DNA of 64,000 nt from Chrysomallon squamiferum (Eukaryota > Animalia > Mollusca): the NCBI GenBank assembly GCA_012295275.1, contig CM022667.1, positions 8,308,001 through 8,372,000 of the forward strand. Direction: 5' to 3'. This document shows positions 58,951-64,000 of this stretch, piece after piece. The notes under the pieces are model-generated. The model searched no databases. It was given only the letters and a program-made list of their open reading frames with translations, and was not told the origin of the DNA. The first letter of the stretch is position 1. Every line of letters begins with the position of its first letter. The position numbers and the translations under genes are program-made.

Positions 58951-61900
58951 TGTGTTTGTCTTACCAGAGAGAGAGAGAGAAAGAGAGAGAGTCTGTGTTT
59001 GAGAGAGATGAAAGAGAGACAAGAATAAGAGAGCACGTCTGAAAGATCTAACATTCTGTCTCACTGTTACACTGTGTATGTACGTCTGTGTTTATCTTAC
59101 CATGTCTGTCAGGTACACAGTTGTCCCTCTGTGTTGGCTGCCTCCTTGTCCAACGCTGTCCCTGTGTTTGTCTTACCATAAAATGTGACAGGTACACAGT
59201 GTGTGAACGCCGTCTGTGTTTAGATCAAACCATGTCTGTAAAAACAGAATAAAATGTGACCCTCAGACTGTGCTGCCAACTTTAGATCAAACCACAAAAA
59301 CAGAATAAAATGTGACACGTCAGCGATGTGCACGCCAACCTAGATCAAACCACAAAAACAGAATAAATTACCCAAAATACAAACTGAACATTTTACTATT
59401 CTATCACTCTTCTACATGTTAATGAAGATCTCAACTCTCCTCAGTATTAAATTATTATTATTCAATCTTTTATATCAGTTCAAACAACTACTACTGATTT
59501 TGATGTGAAATGTAAACACCATTTGTTATAAACACATGAGCTTACAGAATTGAACAAAAAAATGCTTAGCAAAGAAACAAAACTATTTCAGAATGCTACA
59601 GAACTGTTATACAATAATAAATTTTCATTCCACACTTTCGCACACTTATTGTGATTAATATAATTCTTGAAATTTCATTTCAAATTAAGTTTTACTCTGA
59701 AGAGAAAACGTGATGATAAAAACATGAATACTTCAAGATGGCCGTTTTCAAGCTCTCTGCAGTGTAGCGCATCATCAATATCTGTGCAGCCAGGCGGGTC
59801 CACACTACACACAGTGATGTGCCGCAAATCCTGTCGACGAGTCATGTCCTGAATTGAGAAAAAGTTTAACATTTTTATACCCTTCTCTTTCTATTTACTT
59901 TCTCCTCCCAGTTTCATTCATGTACTACTTAACATCAAAAAGCAAGTGGAAAGAAAAATTAATTTAAATCTAGTAATTGCTTTAGTATACCAAACTTTTA
60001 AAAAGATAATATTAAAACAGTAATATTATACAATACCTGTTACTTTATTTAAATACTATAAATTTTAAACAACAACTTTAATTAGTTATTGTAAGTAAAT
60101 AGATAATAATGAATGTTAAAATAACCTATAAAAAAATAAAAATAAATAAATATATATATATAAAAATAAAACAACAAAACAACAACAACAACAACAATAA
60201 TAATAATACTAATATAATAAAGAAACAAAACAAAAATAAAGTAATAATAATAATCAAAAAATTAATAATAATAATAATAATAAATAGCACAACACTCTAA
60301 CTCTGATGTACCTCGTCTGTAATGCTCCAAGGCATCTTGGGAAGACAGGAGAGCACAGTTTCAGAAAATCCCGAGTGTGGAACGTCGTGTTCCAGCAGAA
60401 GAACTTCATTTTCTGTCTCCTTGTCCCCTACTGCTCCTAGCTTCTTCACAAAATGTCCCTGAAACATCCACACATTAGTAATAAACTTGTCTTTATCAGT
60501 TTACTCCGAATTATCAATTTTACAACCATCTAAGCTCAGCTGTGTTTTCTTCACAGATTTCATTCTTCTTATCTCTAAATAACTGAATTTTTATTTCTAT
60601 TTTTATTTATTTTTTAAGTGATACTTACCTATGCACACCTGATTAATATTATACTAATTTATTATATTTTTACCTTTGGAAAGCTGATAATGTTTTTTGC
60701 TGGGGGGCTGTAAATTTGAAATAATGTTATTTGGTTCTCAAAAATAGCATTTGATGAAATAATTTGTTTTTCCTGTGGCACTTACCTGTCAAATAAAAAA
60801 AAAAGTTCTATGAGACTTACCTGTGGATACCTGGAGTTCCTCGTCCAGCTGTCTATGGCCACAATGATTCGCTGACCAGCCAGCTCTTCAGCTTGTCGAG
60901 TCTCAATTCTGATTTTTGGAATCCGCTTTTCTGCTGGTACAAACAAATGTCTTCTGCTCTAAAAATAAATAAATAAACAAAGTCATACAAACGTAAATAT
61001 AATCAATGTTCATGGTATTAACATTTATCACTGACACTCATTCACATCCACAGACGGACATACACACAAAAACACACATCTATACATCAGATAAAATGTT
61101 ACATACATCTGTCTGTAAGTAATCTATCACTCTGAACAGTCTACATATAAAGTTATAAAACTTTGCACCTCTTTCAGGCTGGAGGGTTTAAGAATTCCAC
61201 AATACTGCCTCCACTTTCTCTGGATAACTCCGATTATTTTACCAGTTGGCTGACGCAGTTCTTTAGGAATTCGACTCTTCACGAGTTCATCCTGCAAATA
61301 AACATAAAATAATCTTTATTGTATTTTATTACCTTTTAATTTTTTATCTGACTTAAAAGAATGAATAAAAGACTGTTTAACAGAACTCAGTGTTTATATT
61401 TTTCAGTAAGTATCTGTAATAATGAAGAAAAAATGTTGACATAATTTTATAAGTTATTTTCTATTTTCAGCTGGGAATATAGCGATAAAAAAAGAATATG
61501 ATGAGAAATCACACTCATAACAGACAAAACCAGTTCTTTTATATAAAAATACAGATTAACAGGTAAAAAAAAAAAATAACAATAATAATGAAATAGAATA
61601 AAAAGAATAAAAAAATTATGATATGATATGGATGGATGAATGTATGTATAAATATACAAATATATATATATGCACACACACACACACATATGTATATATA
61701 CATCTACATATACATACATACATATATTTATGTATATAAACCACACAAAACAACAAACAACTGTGTCTGTTCTATTATATATAATAAATTTTGTAAAATA
61801 AAACTAAGAAAATGACCTCGTTCAGCTCATCCTCTTCAACTGTTTTGTTTAACTCATCATCGAGAACCAGAGACGATGGACAACTCCACTCCTCTTCAGG

Positions 61901-64000
61901 CAACATCTCCACTGCAACGATGTCCCCGTGGACAGCGCGGTTCAGATTAACAAGTCCTTGTATAAACACCTTCAGTAATAACAAACACAAAAACTGTCAC
62001 TTTACACATTAATAATAACAAAAAAGAAAAGAAAGTAACACACATATAGCAAATAAACAGATGATGATAATCTTTTATTCCACTTGTGTGTGTTTAAATT
62101 TATCTGGTACCATGTAACATGTAATATTATTAAAAACAAAAAAATGAGCATTTAAATTTTTAATATTATTATTAGTAATTATTGTACTTTATTGTTAAGA
62201 AAGATTGGTTTCAAAAGTATTACAGAAGTATACTAAGCTACTGGGTTTTTTTTGGGGGGGTTGCACTTTTACAGAAGCATCTTAAACCTTGTTAAAAGGA
62301 AATAATTACACAAATTCTTTTTTGAAAACAGAAATAAAAACGTATTTTAGAGAGTTGACACAAATTTTAAATTACCATGTCTTCTTCGTCGTGAATGCTG
62401 ACATTTCCCTCCAGGTAATTCTCACGACTTGCCATGAACGAACCCTGCAGGTATTTGCCACACTTCAGCCCCCTCTGAACCTCCGACAGTGACAAGTGCT
62501 CAGGGTAGAGGTTTTTCCCATGATTCTCCACTGCCTGAAAAACAGACGTCAAACACAGTCCTGATTAAATAACACACACAGTACTTAATGTTAAAATTTT
62601 AATAATCCATACAGAGAAGTTTCTTAACCTCAACTATTTTCTAGTGAAGAACAGAGAGACAGGTGTGAGACACTTAAATAAAATAAAATAAAATAAAATA
62701 AAATAAAAATCTCACCATTCCTTTGTCAGCTCTGGACAGCTTGTCAACAAGACTTGTGTTGTTCTTTAGACTGTTCACATATTCTTCAACTTAAAACATA
62801 AATAAATAAACAAATAACTAAATAAATAAATAAATAATCTATACAGATAATGTAATATAAGAAGGACAGTAATTATATCAAGTACACAATTAACTTCAAT
62901 AAGAATATTGTAATTGCATGAAAAATAAAAATAAATGCCTAAATGCATAATGTTTACAGCACTGTTCAGATCCCCATTACAAACCTTTTCTAAAAATAAA
63001 GTTTGATAATAATACAACAGTCAGAAGAAGAAGTATGAAAACTGTTTTTTTTTGTGTTTTTTTCCATAAAGTCATCTAACATGAATGAATGTTGTTCCAT
63101 ATATTTTATAACAATGGTCACAACAGAACAAAAATAAAATGTCATTAGCATTCTTTTGGCTAATTTTATCATTTAGAAATGGAAGGACAAGTTTATAAGC
63201 TTCATTCCACAGAAAGAAATGAAGGTAACACAATTTCATTTATTAAATTTCTCTACTTTTGTGACTCAATCAAAAAACATTTGTTATAAAAATGTTCACA
63301 TATCACTCATGGTCACACAAAAACACATACCTATCTAAAATAAAAAACATTTAAACTTTTAAAGTATATTGTTAAGTGTTTGAAGTGTGAAAAGTCTGTT
63401 TACTTGTAAAAGCTGTGATTCCTTCGTCCTTCGCCTTGGCTCTGTTCTCATTGTCGTTGGTTAACAAGACAATCTGAACGGAGTTGGTCTGTAGGTGTTT
63501 TCTGTACCACTGACACGCCTCGCGAATTGCGCGGTCATTTCTGTCGTTAGCCGTCTCCCCCGGCCTCCTTTCAACATACGTGTCACTAACACAAAACAAA
63601 ACACAGAACTGTTAAATAATACACAGTAGTTACATAGCAAACACAACATAAAACACAGAACTGTCAAATAGCAAACACAACATAATACAGAGTAGTTAGA
63701 TAGCAAACACAAAATAATACATAGTACTGTCAAATAGCAAACACAACATAATACAGAGTACTGTCAAACAGCAAACACAAAATAATACAGAGTACTGTCA
63801 AGTACCAAACACAACATAATACAGAGTACTGTCAAGTACCAAATACAACTGAAACTATAAGACAATGCTATATTCTCAAACAAAATAAAATACTATCAGG
63901 TTAGAGTCTAACATTCTTTCACAAAGACAAAGCTGTATTTTTTAAACAAAAGCCATAAATAAATATAAAGTCAAATTTAAATGAAAACTCACCGATTGTA
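53370..64000 (-). CDS. DIS3: Exosome catalytic subunit DIS3/Rrp44 (PIN, CSD, RNB, S1); 5' end lies beyond the window; one exon garbled
   Basis: Exons approx. 64000-63993, 63585-63404, 62789-62716, 62534-62376, 61969-61818, 61291-61169, 60958-60821, 60458-60312, 59848-59732, 59339-59101 (garbled), 58494-58429, 58192-58108, 58001-57874, 57507-57421, 56886-56729, 56423-56203, 55873-55783, 55344-55267, 54615-54463, 54003-53881, 53447-53370. Motifs [69 protein letters not shown]. Confidence 0.97.
55140..55275. repeat. 38-bp tandem repeat duplicating a DIS3 donor (CACACACAG/GTAAAC on minus)
   Basis: TAGTTTACCTGTGTGTG at 55221 and 55259, plus decayed copies. Confidence 0.85.
55618..55782. repeat. 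~33-bp degenerate array beginning exactly at a DIS3 donor
   Basis: On minus, units read GTAAACA...TACTRGAACTGTTT starting at intron position +1. Confidence 0.7.
55850..55990. repeat. 76-bp duplication of a DIS3 acceptor plus 24 nt of exon
   Basis: CGATGTACAATGATGTCAGAGTATCTAATTAAAA is identical at 55850 and 55926. Confidence 0.9.
63590..63850. repeat. ~35-bp minisatellite abutting a DIS3 acceptor
   Basis: Repeated AGCAAACACAACATAATACAGAGTACTGTCAA-like units. Confidence 0.85.

Noticed and set aside
59722-59731. DIS3 donor GTATTCATG as a second U12 intron
   Set aside because: Lacks the TCCTT core and no CCTTRAC branch is seen at the acceptor; treated as U2-type.

Overview
AT-rich, microsatellite-laden eukaryotic DNA (invertebrate metazoan; a lophotrochozoan such as a mollusc is an inference from style only). 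I manually spliced seven compact multi-exon genes: CEP72 (-), TTC5 (+), OXA1L (-), an uncharacterised membrane-anchored JmjC/cupin oxygenase (+), an unrecognised Pro/Glu-repeat plus coiled-coil protein (+), CHMP1A (+) and a 5'-truncated DIS3/Rrp44 (-). The window opens with a 2.6-kb 28-bp satellite with a ~281-bp higher-order period. The most striking unexplained pattern is that short tandem duplications repeatedly span exon/intron borders (about 8 junctions in 4 genes, with further arrays abutting splice sites). This creates arrays of decoy donors and acceptors, and most decoys I translated reach an in-frame stop within a few codons. Also found: a U12-type (minor spliceosome) intron in CEP72, a hAT-Charlie-like MITE, and candidate unannotated exons or sORFs in the 30-37 kb gap. 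Three single-base frameshifts and one garbled DIS3 exon are most likely assembly errors. No CRISPR array, tRNA or rRNA was seen. Most ORFs in the supplied track are microsatellite or antisense artefacts. Coordinates were counted by hand and may be off by a few bases.
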